From Oopsacas minuta (lineage: Eukaryota; Animalia; Porifera), in NCBI GenBank assembly GCA_024704765.1, contig JAKMXF010000333.1:1-64000 (forward strand): a DNA stretch of 64,000 bases, in the 5' to 3' direction. The notes under the pieces were generated by a model. It was not told the DNA's origin. It was given only the letters and a program-made list of their open reading frames with translations, and made no database searches. The position numbers and the translations under genes were made by a program. This document shows, piece by piece, positions 12,621 through 24,700 of this stretch (positions are counted from its first letter, which is position 1; every line of letters begins with the position of its first letter).

Positions 12621-12785
12621 TTAATATTTCACTGACCTATATTTTCTATCTCGATTGCTGTCTGATGATTTGTTTATTTAGTCTGTTAGTGTTAGTGTTT
12701 GTTTGATTTTGAAAATTTACATTTTGTCGCTACTCAATTGTGAATCCATCTCTCATTTACCTGAGTATGTTTTCTATTAGTTGTG

Positions 12786-15700
12786 ATGTCATTCCCAGAA
12801 CTATTCGAGTTTGTAGAGTTGCTGGAGATAACTCGTCCACCAGACCCCCACTTTTTTCACTCACAGACAGAGACCGAGGAGACTCATGATGAAGAAGACA
12901 CTCCCCCCTCAGACCCCCCAGACAGCAGCAAGTCCCTATTAGAGGGGGTACGTCAGGACATAATGCGTGTCTGTTTGAAGGACTACGGAGAGATGAGTGT
13001 TCTGGTGTTATACTGCAGGAATGGACATCTATTCTACAGACTCAGTCACAGACAGAGACCTACCAAGTTTAGAATTGTAAGGTATTACAGTTAAATATTT
13101 AATTATACGTTACCTACTGTACTTTAATACTTAGTATTTGCTGTTGTTGGCTTTTGGATAATATCTATACTATTAAATCTCAATTTGTGTGTCTGTCTGT
13201 CACGCTCCCATATAGAAAACATATAGGTTCAGTTCATAAAGTCCAGAACCAAATATTACACAACATAACAACAACAAACAACATCATACTGAAGTAATTG
13301 AGTATGCTGGGTCCAAATATGATATTGTAAACAACATTTCATAAATATTTGTTCACTTTTAGGTACATAAAGTAGGCAGATTTAAAGCTAATGTCAGTAT
13401 CATGTTTGGAACTGTTAAGATTATGAGTTTAAGTACTCGAGGGCCGTAGGCCCGAGTGCGGACACTAAGTGTTCGCAATCGCGTAACGCGAGCAAGCGAA
13501 GCGCGCTAGTATTAGTTAAAATACATGGGTTATGTATATTACGACTATCCATGTCAGTAAACATGAGTACAATGTAATTTTGAATCATGGTATCATCGTA
13601 TAGTACAGGGTGTAACGAAAGTGTTGATACCCTAGATACCTCATTAAAACTTAGAATATATTTGAGTTATTCGAAATATTATCGGTTTATATATGAACCA
13701 TTTCGTTCTAATACAATTCTTATACGTTCCGGCATGCTAGCTACTAAATTCTCTAAAATGCTTGGGCTAATGTCTCTCCATGCTGATTTGACTGTTTCTA
13801 TTAGCTGTTCACACCTTGTGATTTGGCCCTCTTCATTAACCTTCTCTTTCACTATTCCCCAAAGGTTTTCAATAGGGTTTAAGTCAGGGGAGTTCCCAGG
13901 CCATTCAATCTTACGCCAGAAAGCATTTAAATGATCTTGACACCACTTCTGCGTTGCATTGGCCGTGTGTGCCGGTGCACCATCTTGCATGAAGATGAAT
14001 TCAGACATATTTTCCAACATTGGCCGCTCCAAAACCGATCCATTATTTCGACAACGGTGAACTGCCTCCATACAAGTCTTGGCCAAAATTTGATTAATGT
14101 AGTATGCACTATTTATTGATTGCCCTTGAGGGATTATATGCAGTTCTGAAAGTGCCTGATGTGACATCATGCCCCACACATGAATCTTTGCTGGAAACTT
14201 AACTGAAAATACCGAAGGAACATCTTGCTTATTCTTTGCCCAAACCCGATTATTTTGTTTGTTTGGCGTTGCAAAGAGCTGGAAGGGAGACTCATCTGAC
14301 CAGAGAACTTTTTTCCAGTCGTTAACTGTCCAATATTGATGCTTCCGAGCAAAATTCAGACGATCTTGGATGTTCTTTTGGGATAACCGAGGTATTTCTT
14401 GCCTTTTGAAAGACCTAACACCCACAGATTCGGTCAAATGACGATACACACACATATGAGATACAGGATTGCCTCTATTCTTCAATCTCTGTGCAAGTTT
14501 TCTTGTGGATTGCCTGCATTTACCGAGTGACTTGGAAATAACAATTTTATCCGCCCGTTTCAAAATAGGAGGCCTCCCTGAACGAGGTTTAGTCACTAAT
14601 GAACTACCTTTTTTATACAAACTAGACCATCGTTTCACCGAAGAGATTGAAACATTCAAGTCTTGGGCCACTTTCTTCTGTGTGAGCCCTGCATCTAGCA
14701 TGCACATAGCTCGAGAATGAAGCAAGATTCCATGATCACGGACATCCATTAATACGAAATAATGTAACGATGCTAAAATTGGAAAAAAATTCAAATATTT
14801 GAATAATATAAGTAATTAATGTAATCAGAAATAATCTAAAGTACTATAACTATATTTAAGAAAAGTATAGGAAACAAACTCTGTATGGTTCATTAATATT
14901 TAAGATTTTCATAGGAAAATAAAAGGTATCAACACTTTCGTTACACCCTGTATAAGTATAATGTCGTATATGCGTTTTAGATGGTTTCAGGGCTGTTGGA
15001 TATGTGACATGTGTCTTAGTCCTGACAGTCACTGGTTACTGGTGGCCTGTAGTCACGGCATGCTCAAGATACTCTCTGTACTTCCAATACTATTTGATAA
15101 CTATCTATCTGATGACGTGTTAGAGACACGAGACATTGACGTTATAATCAATCTCAGGTAATGCACTTTTTAATGGGAGATTATAATTTAGTTCATTCAT
15201 TTTGTCATATATTTCTCTTGTATTAGAAACTCAAATACACTGGAACTTTGTTTATACGAACACCAGCGGAAGGTCAAATATGTCTGCATTAACCTGAATT
15301 CGTATTAACCGGAGTAATACCAATTGAATAACCATTGTAGGGACCTGATTTAGTGTAAATATTTGTTCATCTTAGCCATATATGCATATTAACCGTGTTC
15401 ATATTAACGAAGTTTCGCTGTATATTATTTTTACTGTTATAGTTCGTTAAATAAGGAAAGTTCCTTATTATTTCAGAATTGGATTCAATACCGAGTGCCT
15501 TATGATATGATTTAATTGAAATTATGTTACATTCAGGTCTTACGGTTGTCCTACCTGTGTAGTCTGGTGGAGTGCTAGGAATGCAAGTAATTTCGGGATT
15601 ATCGGGTTTCAGAAAGGTACAATAGTAATCGTTGATATGAATAATAAAGAAATACAGAAGGTTATAGAACTGGGATCAGAATATACTCCAAGAGAATTCC

Positions 15701-18700
15701 AGTTAGAACGGAAGCACCACAACTCATCAACTAGTCTATTCATATTAACCACATGTAATATTCATTTCTGGTGTCTTCTAGAGACTGCTGAAGAGGAAGG
15801 ACTTATTGGTACACTCAACAACGGTAAGTACCAGGGATATAGTTAAAGTCCTGCTTATATAATTAGTTATATTGGCTAGTGTGTAGGAGCTAGCAGTAAG
15901 TCTCGTGAATGTAGCAGCGATGAACAAATTGATTATTTAAATAGACAAGAATCTATTTCTAATATTCTACAAAAGTCCAGCTCAGATACAGAATTCTCTC
16001 CTCAAAGAATTTTAATGCCTAAAGATTCTTATAAACTTTATCCTTACAGACTCAATCGTAAGTCTTATATTGCACTGCTGGATTCAAGCACCAACAAACT
16101 CTTACTCTGTCAAGACATAGACCTGCTCTCTCAGGTTAGATATTAACATATTACTAATTAGAGGGGTGTGGCTCATCCTACACCTATCACATGCCCTATT
16201 GTTGCTCTAGCTAAGCTGTTCCCAACCTGGGGTTTATGGACCCTTAGTGGTCTACGGACGACAATAGGGGACTAAGGGTCGACAGGATCTCAAATTTGTA
16301 TTGCAGTCTATAGGAGGTGGCCACAGAATGTGTTAAAATTAGTATAGGGGTCCTCGGGTGAAAACGTTTGGGAACTGCTGCCTTAGCTAAAGCCAATTAC
16401 AGGCAGTACAACTGATATACATATATCATTTAAGAATTCGCATTAAGTGCATTTCAAGTATGCACGCACACCTTATATATCATAGTAACATGGCTCGAGG
16501 CCTCTAGTCCTTCCAATCATAGAAATTCCTCTACAGTGGAATCGCCTAATAGCAAATCGCGTTTTGTAAGAATTTCGTTGCTAATACTTGACTTTGGCTA
16601 TTATGCGAACTACAGTAGAGCACGTACCCTGGATAAGACGTACTTCGGCTTAGTACGTACTAAATTTTATGAACCAAAATTCATTATTACATAGGATTCT
16701 ATGTAAATACAACTCGGTTAGTACGTACATTCGGATAGTATGTACATTTTAGACTTCCCGAGGGGGTACGTCTTATCCGAGTTCTACTGTATTTTCCATC
16801 AAAACAGCACTCTATGTCCATGAAAAAAGTAGGAGATTTAGCTAATTGCTAATACAAGTTTTCCATTTTATTCTACCCCTACCTTATCCTTGTCCCCTCT
16901 ACTATTGTAGTTAAAATATATATTCAGTTTAATATTTTAGAAAATCTCAGAACAGTACAAGTAAACTAAAAAATAGTACCAAATTTCTATTTCAGTATAA
17001 GACATTGTAAATCTCAAAATATGCTCGGTGCTTCAGTTCTCTCTTTATTTCGTTAATTATTCTGTTGGGATAGTAGCTTTATCTCATTAATTGCCTTCTC
17101 CAGGACAACTTCTGTTTTCTCTTCTTTTTTACAATCAAGTACTTTTCTTAGTTTATCCAATCCAGCTTGTTCAGCGTCATCCAAGTAATTATCCTCACTG
17201 TTTCCTTTTTGTCTATCCATTTTGTGATTAGAGTTGTTGCGTGTTGAGTTTTCTATGAATTGTTTCCAAAATACAATTCTTCGCGAATACTTATAGTTTT
17301 CATGATTATCCGCTTACACAGCTTAATGATTTGTATTTAATTGGTTATCTGCAGGTGTTTAAACCTGTTCCCTTTTTCTATATAATATTCGTATAATTTG
17401 TCATTTCTGATTGCAGGTGTTCCCACCTGTCTCTTTATTCAATTTATCATTTTAATGCAGGTGTTCAAACCTGAATTTTGATTTAAACATTCCAATTCAC
17501 ATGAATTTCCCGATAATTCCTGAAATATAACTATAACCATCTATTACTAGATTTATGTAATTGGAATTTAATGTTTCAAAACTACGTAAATTGTGTTATA
17601 ATTTATAAATTAAATTGAATTCAGAACTTTATGACAAAACATTATTGATATTATTATTCAGACCCTACGGGAGCAATTTTATTGATCAGGCCATGTATTT
17701 GAGTATTATGTGATGCTATCATGCTGCTGAACTAATTACAAATTTCTCCCGAACAATATTCACTTGGGAATTATTGTTGTCCCATATTCTCTTAACGCTT
17801 CCTACTAAACTGACTTGCTTTCGATACTTAAGGGAAAGAGAATATTCACGCTGTACTTTATAGTAACTTGAACGATCCTGGGGGCTCACATATTTATTTT
17901 ATATTAGCTCTATGGGACTATAACCAGACGAGGGGGCTCGAAGGCTCCCAGCCACCCCTTGGTTCTGCACCTATGCCTCCAACCCTTAATTATTTAGGAA
18001 TTTATCTCTTTACAAGAATTAATTAAATTTTGTTCATGCTTATTAAGGAAGTAATAATATTCCTAATCAACCAACCTATTATATTGTCTTTACCAAAGTA
18101 TTCTTTCTTTAGCCTCTACTAGAGTATGCTCTTCCTAAACGAACTTATGACTTCTTGCTGGCTAACAACATATTGTATACGCTATCATCAAGGGGGGATA
18201 ACATGTATCTCAGTGTACTAAGTGCTCACAAGTGTTCTCTCCTTGCCAGGAGGGAGCAACAAGACATTAGCTCAGCTCTCATCTATCAAATCATGCTTCC
18301 TTCTCACGAAAGAGTTAGGAAGATATTCCCTATCTTAGCCCAGCCTCTAATCGTTAATAAAGACTATGAAACTACTACATTTATTCAATGTCTTGTAGTT
18401 ACACGGTATGTTCCCAATTAATACATTCAATACTGATAATATAATTTAGTGATGTATATTTAGTTACAAAGTATACCAATGCAAACAGCTGCTAGCTCCT
18501 GAAACATTGTTCTTGCAGCTAGCATCACATGAGAACACTATACGCAAGGCAGACAAACTAGGTATTACTTTACAGCTGGATATCTGTGTTTTGTATGAGA
18601 GAAGTTCTGAATATCATCTTGAGCAGGGAAACTACTCACTAGCTTTAGACTTCTATAAACTCGCTAAGACTAGTCCCAACAAGATAGCTTCAAGTCTATC

Positions 18701-21700
18701 TAAATACAACCAGTTTGACCTGCTAATGAATTATCTACGACAAGAGTTATCTCTATCAGACTGTCTTGATGTAGAGATTAAGTCTAATATTCTGTTCAAA
18801 CTTCTTATAGGTTAGTTATTAGGCGTACACGTAATAATATGTATACAGTAGAGTCTGAGTTACCGTATTTCTCCGAATAAGCGCCGGGGGTTTCATATGA
18901 ACGAAAAAAAAAGCGCCGGTCTATTATAATTGCCCGTTTTAATAAACGCTAGGGATTGAAATTCATTGATCAGTAAAGGTATACGCATATGGTATATCAC
19001 AAGTTTGAATGAATGAATAATGTTTACATTATGATTCTATAGATTAAAAACTGAAAGTAGGCGTAATATCGTATTCCCCGAATAAGCGCCGGGGTTTCAT
19101 GTGCACGAAAAAAATAAGCGCCGGGGCGCTTATTCGGGGAAATACGGTCATACTTATAATGTAATCAATAAAAGTACATTCTAGAGATACAGTCTACCCG
19201 CTTAATTGGAACACTTCGGTTCCAGGCATTTTGTCCCGATTAAGCTGAGTTCCTAATTTGCCGGAGAATTTACTTAATGATAGTATAGCAGCATTTCTCT
19301 ATTATTCTGTCATAGACCACCTTAAGCAATTTAACCAATACTATCGCGCTTCGCTTGCTCGCGCTACGAAAAAATTTGCTCAGATCAAGAGGAATTTCAT
19401 CTTGATTGAGTTACTAATTTTTCGCTCAACCAGCGGGATTTGTATTCTTCTACGTACATAGTGTTGTTTGTTGAATAAGGGGACCTCGGCTACGTGAGGA
19501 CTAAGGAAGTAAGGCAACATCTGTATTAGTGACCCTATGATAATACTAATTACTATATTGAAACAATTATTGAAATATGGTTGACGCGCTTAAGGAACAA
19601 ATTCATTGTATTTCCTAGTAAACACAAATTAATTTTTGAAAGACTTCCTGTAAAGTGCCTGAGCCTTATAATTAATCTATCTTATGAATAACTAGGTAAG
19701 CTGCTGAGAGAGCCTCTCCCTGAATCTAAGATAATACTGGAGCTAGATGTACGTATCTTCCTTCATACAAATCAGCATTACGATGAAAGTCAGATACTCA
19801 AGATGTTGTTAGAGTCTAACTTAGAATCTCTAGCTATAGACATGACATTAGTTAACGGGATTGTACAGGAGTTCATTTGTCTGTGTGCTAAGAAGGGAAG
19901 ATTTATTCTGCATCCATCTACTGTCAACAAGATCCTATTAACTAGGTTCGTACACGTATTGTGTATAAGATTCTGTCTTATACTCTCGTAAACACGAATT
20001 ACCTGACAGGAATTCGTATTCACCGTATTAATTATCATTTGAAAGGCATTAACCGATTATGGTCGAATTTTTACGATCGTAATGAAAACTGAAAACTAAA
20101 TTTACTTCATTTTAACCAATTCCCGAAGCAAAAACGAGATTTTAGCACAATAAAATCACACATTTTCCCTGCCGTATTCGTTTAATAAAGAAAGCTGGTT
20201 TTCCAAAGAAATTTAAAAGAAATCGGGCCAAGGCCGATTTTCCCTATAAACCCGCTAATTGGGACTTTTTTTGGTTGATTTTGGCTGGAAATTTACCAAA
20301 ATTTTATTTTCATTGTGTTAGAATTTATTAGAAATTATTGTTGACATTTGTCACTGAAACTTTCCTAATTCATAGATTCAATTTTAAAAAACATGGAAAT
20401 ATACCGGCGTTTCGTTAGTATTCCGTTAGTACAGATTTTGACAAAAGAATACTGTCTGTATTTAATTTGAATTTAAATTATCAATTTTTGCACCTATGTA
20501 ACTAGGATTTTTCGTCAAAAATCAAAAATTGATATTAATTTTGTTCTAAATTGCAAAATGATTGAATTTCAATGACACCATATCGAAATTTTCGTTAACC
20601 AGGATTTTTTGAATACATTAGCTATAAGTTGTAGTTACTTTTAGTTTTCTTTTGGGAAGCTATTTCCATCAAACTGAGAGGGCGAAGCTCTCTCACTTTA
20701 AATAAGAGCCCGGTCCGGCATGGCCGGAACGGGCACTTCTCAATACCTTGGCAACGCCGCAAAAAGCGGCCTCCAACAATCAAAATGACTGTCCCATGAC
20801 ACAGCAATATCCCAAATTACTCCTTTATAACCGATTACGGTCTAAGTTTTAAGATCGCAATGAAAAGCAACACTAAAATTTTACCACTTCGTTTTAACCA
20901 ATTCCCGCACCAGAAACATAAATTCACACACTTTCTCAGCTGTATTTGGTTAAAGTTAGTGAAATCTGAATGTTTTCACTTACGAGTATTGCATTAGATA
21001 TTAACGTGGTCTATTGAAGGACTTTATTGGAATTTACAACATTTTTGATTATACGCAGATTCGATATATCTCTGTTAAAACCTTAAATTTCCCTATTTCT
21101 TGAAATAACAGTAATATTTCGTTATGCCAAATGGCCAATGATGACGTATGCGTATTACATAAAATATTTATGAATATATTCAGTTCACCGGATTCATTGG
21201 AACATACAAATCATTGGAGTTTTCAAATAATAATCTTTTCTTCTCTCTCATTTCTCTGTTTATCTTCTTTATAACTTCCTCTCCCATGATATCTCTGTTA
21301 TCATAGACAAGTTTCATTTCTGTGTAGTCTCCACTGGTATTCATAGACACGCCAGATTTCCTCCAATTCATAGACAAATTGTTTTGAGGATGATCCGTTT
21401 GGATTTGGTAATAACTCGCAACTGTTTGCAAAGATTCGTAGAAAGGTTCATGTGTTGATATGATTGCTAATCTGCTTCTTCTTTCTCTACCTTTCATTAC
21501 TAAGAACGGGACAAGTATAAAGAAATGACAGCAACATAGCACTAATATTATTACAGCTAGTAATGCCATCATGATCCAACCTGCTGTATACATATCAATA
21601 CCAGATATTATTAGTAAATTTATTCCCATACTTGGGGTAGTGTAGGGTGTATCTGTTGTATTATCTAGCTTGCTACTCCATGTTATACTTGTGTTAGTAG

Positions 21701-24700
21701 AACTAATTATTGATGGTATTGTTGTTGTCTTTTCTGTTGCTGTTGGTGTTATTGGTTCTGTTGAGTTTATTTGTGTATTATTTCGCGACTTTTCACAGAA
21801 TTCTCCACTATAACCGAATACACAACTACATGTACCATTTGATAGACAGGTACCGCTGTTCTGGCACTCATACAAACATTCCTTTGACTCACAATTCTCA
21901 CCATAGTAACCCTCCTCACATTCACTTCCATTCCTACATGAGTTGTAGCAATTCTCACACTGTAATCCTGTGAATCCTGTAACACACTGACATGCCCCCA
22001 ATCTACACACTCCACCATTTAGACATAATTCTGTACACTGACATTGTCCTGTTTCTGTTCTGCAGTATCCCGGAGACTCACAGTCTGTGTCCCTTTTACA
22101 TTCCTCACATTTTAACCCCCTCACATATATACATGACTGTACACTAACGTTAAAACTACACTCAACCAATCTGGTAGCATTCTGGTTGTAACAGTATATA
22201 TCAGTTATACTCTCTAGCTCAATTCCCTCATACCAATCCCTCATGTATATCTTGGTCACCCCTATATAGCCCAGCTGTTTACACGTTATTTTGGCTTCAG
22301 TCTCTCCCCAACCTGAATCACACACGTATCTCCATTCCATTTCACCAATTGAGTTGTTAGTGCATAACTGTAGATAATTTTCTTTATTTCTCCAACTCAC
22401 TGGACCTCTCCACCATCTGATGTCTCCTTCCCTCTCACAAGGATCTACCATTGCATTGCATACCATTATCAATGCAAGTATAAATATACAAAATATCTCC
22501 ATTAATCAATTCGAATATATTATTTTCCAATTACTAATACAACTATTTATGCTATACTTGTATAGAATAATTCTACAATCACGTATAGCACATACCACAT
22601 CTTGTTTATATCTTGTTGAGAGTACAATTATATCCTTGCATAAGTAATAATTCACAGAACTCTACCATTAATTAGAATACTTTTCCAATTTATAATTGAT
22701 TAATACTTGATTAATCATACATATTTTGGCCAGTTTATTATGTGTTTCTTATCAACACTAATTAATTACCACAGATTCTCTGAAAGTACAATTTTATTAC
22801 ATTACTAATGGATATGTCATATACGTAATATTTTATTAATATATTGTTCATAAAATCTCAATCACAGGCATATGTAAATATGTATAGGAAGTGGGAAGAT
22901 GTTACGATGGCCCCCAAACTAGAAAGTTCGAGGCCCTATCTGTCTGTGAACTCCTGGAGAGTGTCCCACGACTCTTTCTCTCTTAGGATCTGCCACACTT
23001 CACGTCTGTAAATATACATACATAGACCAAATATAATGACTCCAATATACATCGTTTGCTATGCTCTCAATTTAATTTAGATTTGCAGACTTGCTTGCTA
23101 CACTATGTCACGGAGCATTCCTACAACACATGCAGTTATTCTCTATATTCCATCTCATGCTCAAGTATTCTGAAACTTCCCATCTTATCCTATCTGCCAT
23201 CAGAGACAGAATGCATCTCTTCTCAGTCTCAGATCTTCTAATGTTATCTGTCATGTTTGATCCAAGTCAGGACTTCATTAAGCATTTAGTACAGCAGTCT
23301 CAAAGGTCGAGATTTGTACCAGGGAGAGGATTACAGCACTCTGCTTCTATGGACTCTCTCAACCAGTTAACATTGGGATGGAATGTATCTGTTTCTGATA
23401 GTACATACTCTCCTGTACGCACAAAATTAGGGATTGATCTAGCTGATGGAAGTGAATCTCAGAGAGAAGTTCGTCCTCAATCTTACTTTGAGATGTTTAT
23501 CGAATCACTCTTATGGCTCAACCAGAAGAGATTGCAGGTACTATTTAGAATTATAAGATAGATGTTATCCAATTGTATCCAATTTCCTTAATCTTCAATC
23601 TTGGTAGAAAATACTAATTTCGCATAAATTGTTAGAAAATATTTGTTTCAGAATGCAGTCCGACATTTTATTCCACGCATTCTTATTTCATGTATTCCAC
23701 TAGTCAATGGTAAATCCCGTCAACAATACAAGGAGTGGCACACTAATTATTTGTACGTCTAATTCAATAAGAATATTTCAAAATTTTGATTTCCAGTTAA
23801 CTTCCAAAAATGTATTCATTTAGGATAATACTTCATCATTTCTGCACAATGAACTCTTCATCCAGAATACAAGCAAGCTCTTATCTAATTTTCTAAAATT
23901 GAATGAAACTGAAACAAACTCCGGAATACAGGTATCTTGTGGAAGCAGTCATGCCGGTTACCTCCTACATAACCAAGTGTTCATGTGGACAACCTCTGTG
24001 GATCACGTACTCAGTCCTAGCTCTTTTATAGCAGAAGATATGCATCCCCTCACTGTACCCCTCTTGTCCTTCTTGCATATTAAAGTCCTGGAGATATCCT
24101 GTGGAATGGAGCACTCATTGGTACGTACATCTTACGGTGTGTACGCATGGGGAGACAATAGATGTGGTCAGCTGGGTGTGGGAGATAGGAACAAGAGACA
24201 GTTACCTACGGTTATAGATTCATTATCTAGTAAACAGATTATAGCTATTGCTTGTGGAGAAGCTCACTCACTGATGTTAGATAGCGTTAATAGGGTACAT
24301 GTATTTGGTGACAATAGATACGGTCAGCTAGGAATAGGTACTAAGGATCCTTATCAAACTATCCCCTTCATCCTCCCGTTACCTGTCTCTATTGTCCAGG
24401 CGTGTGGTGGTTCTATGCACTCAGTATTGCTTTCAGCTGATGGAGTCGTGTATGCTATGGGGAGCAATTATTACGGACAGCTGGGCGTGGAGGGACTGGA
24501 GGAGTCTAGCGAGCCTGTTAGAGTAGAGATATTAACAGAGTATAGAGTATTGGCTATAGCATCTGGTACACACACCTGTGTTGCTTGTGGACGAAATACA
24601 CAGCTGTGGTTATGGGGTAAAAACATTGGCAATCAGGAAATAGATTCAGAAGTAGAACAGATAGAACAGAGCAAGTCTGCTCTCATAACTCTTGATATAG

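Noticed and set aside
12783-13094. Standalone 103-aa ORF with weak resemblance to Sen15
   Set aside because: Better explained as exon 1 of the RCC1 gene (phase-2 donor at 13081 matches the acceptor at 14981).
23652-23709. Possible extra exon NAVRHFIPRILISCIPLVN
   Set aside because: Its phase-1 end would create a stop in the next exon; 23537 joins 23824 cleanly without it.
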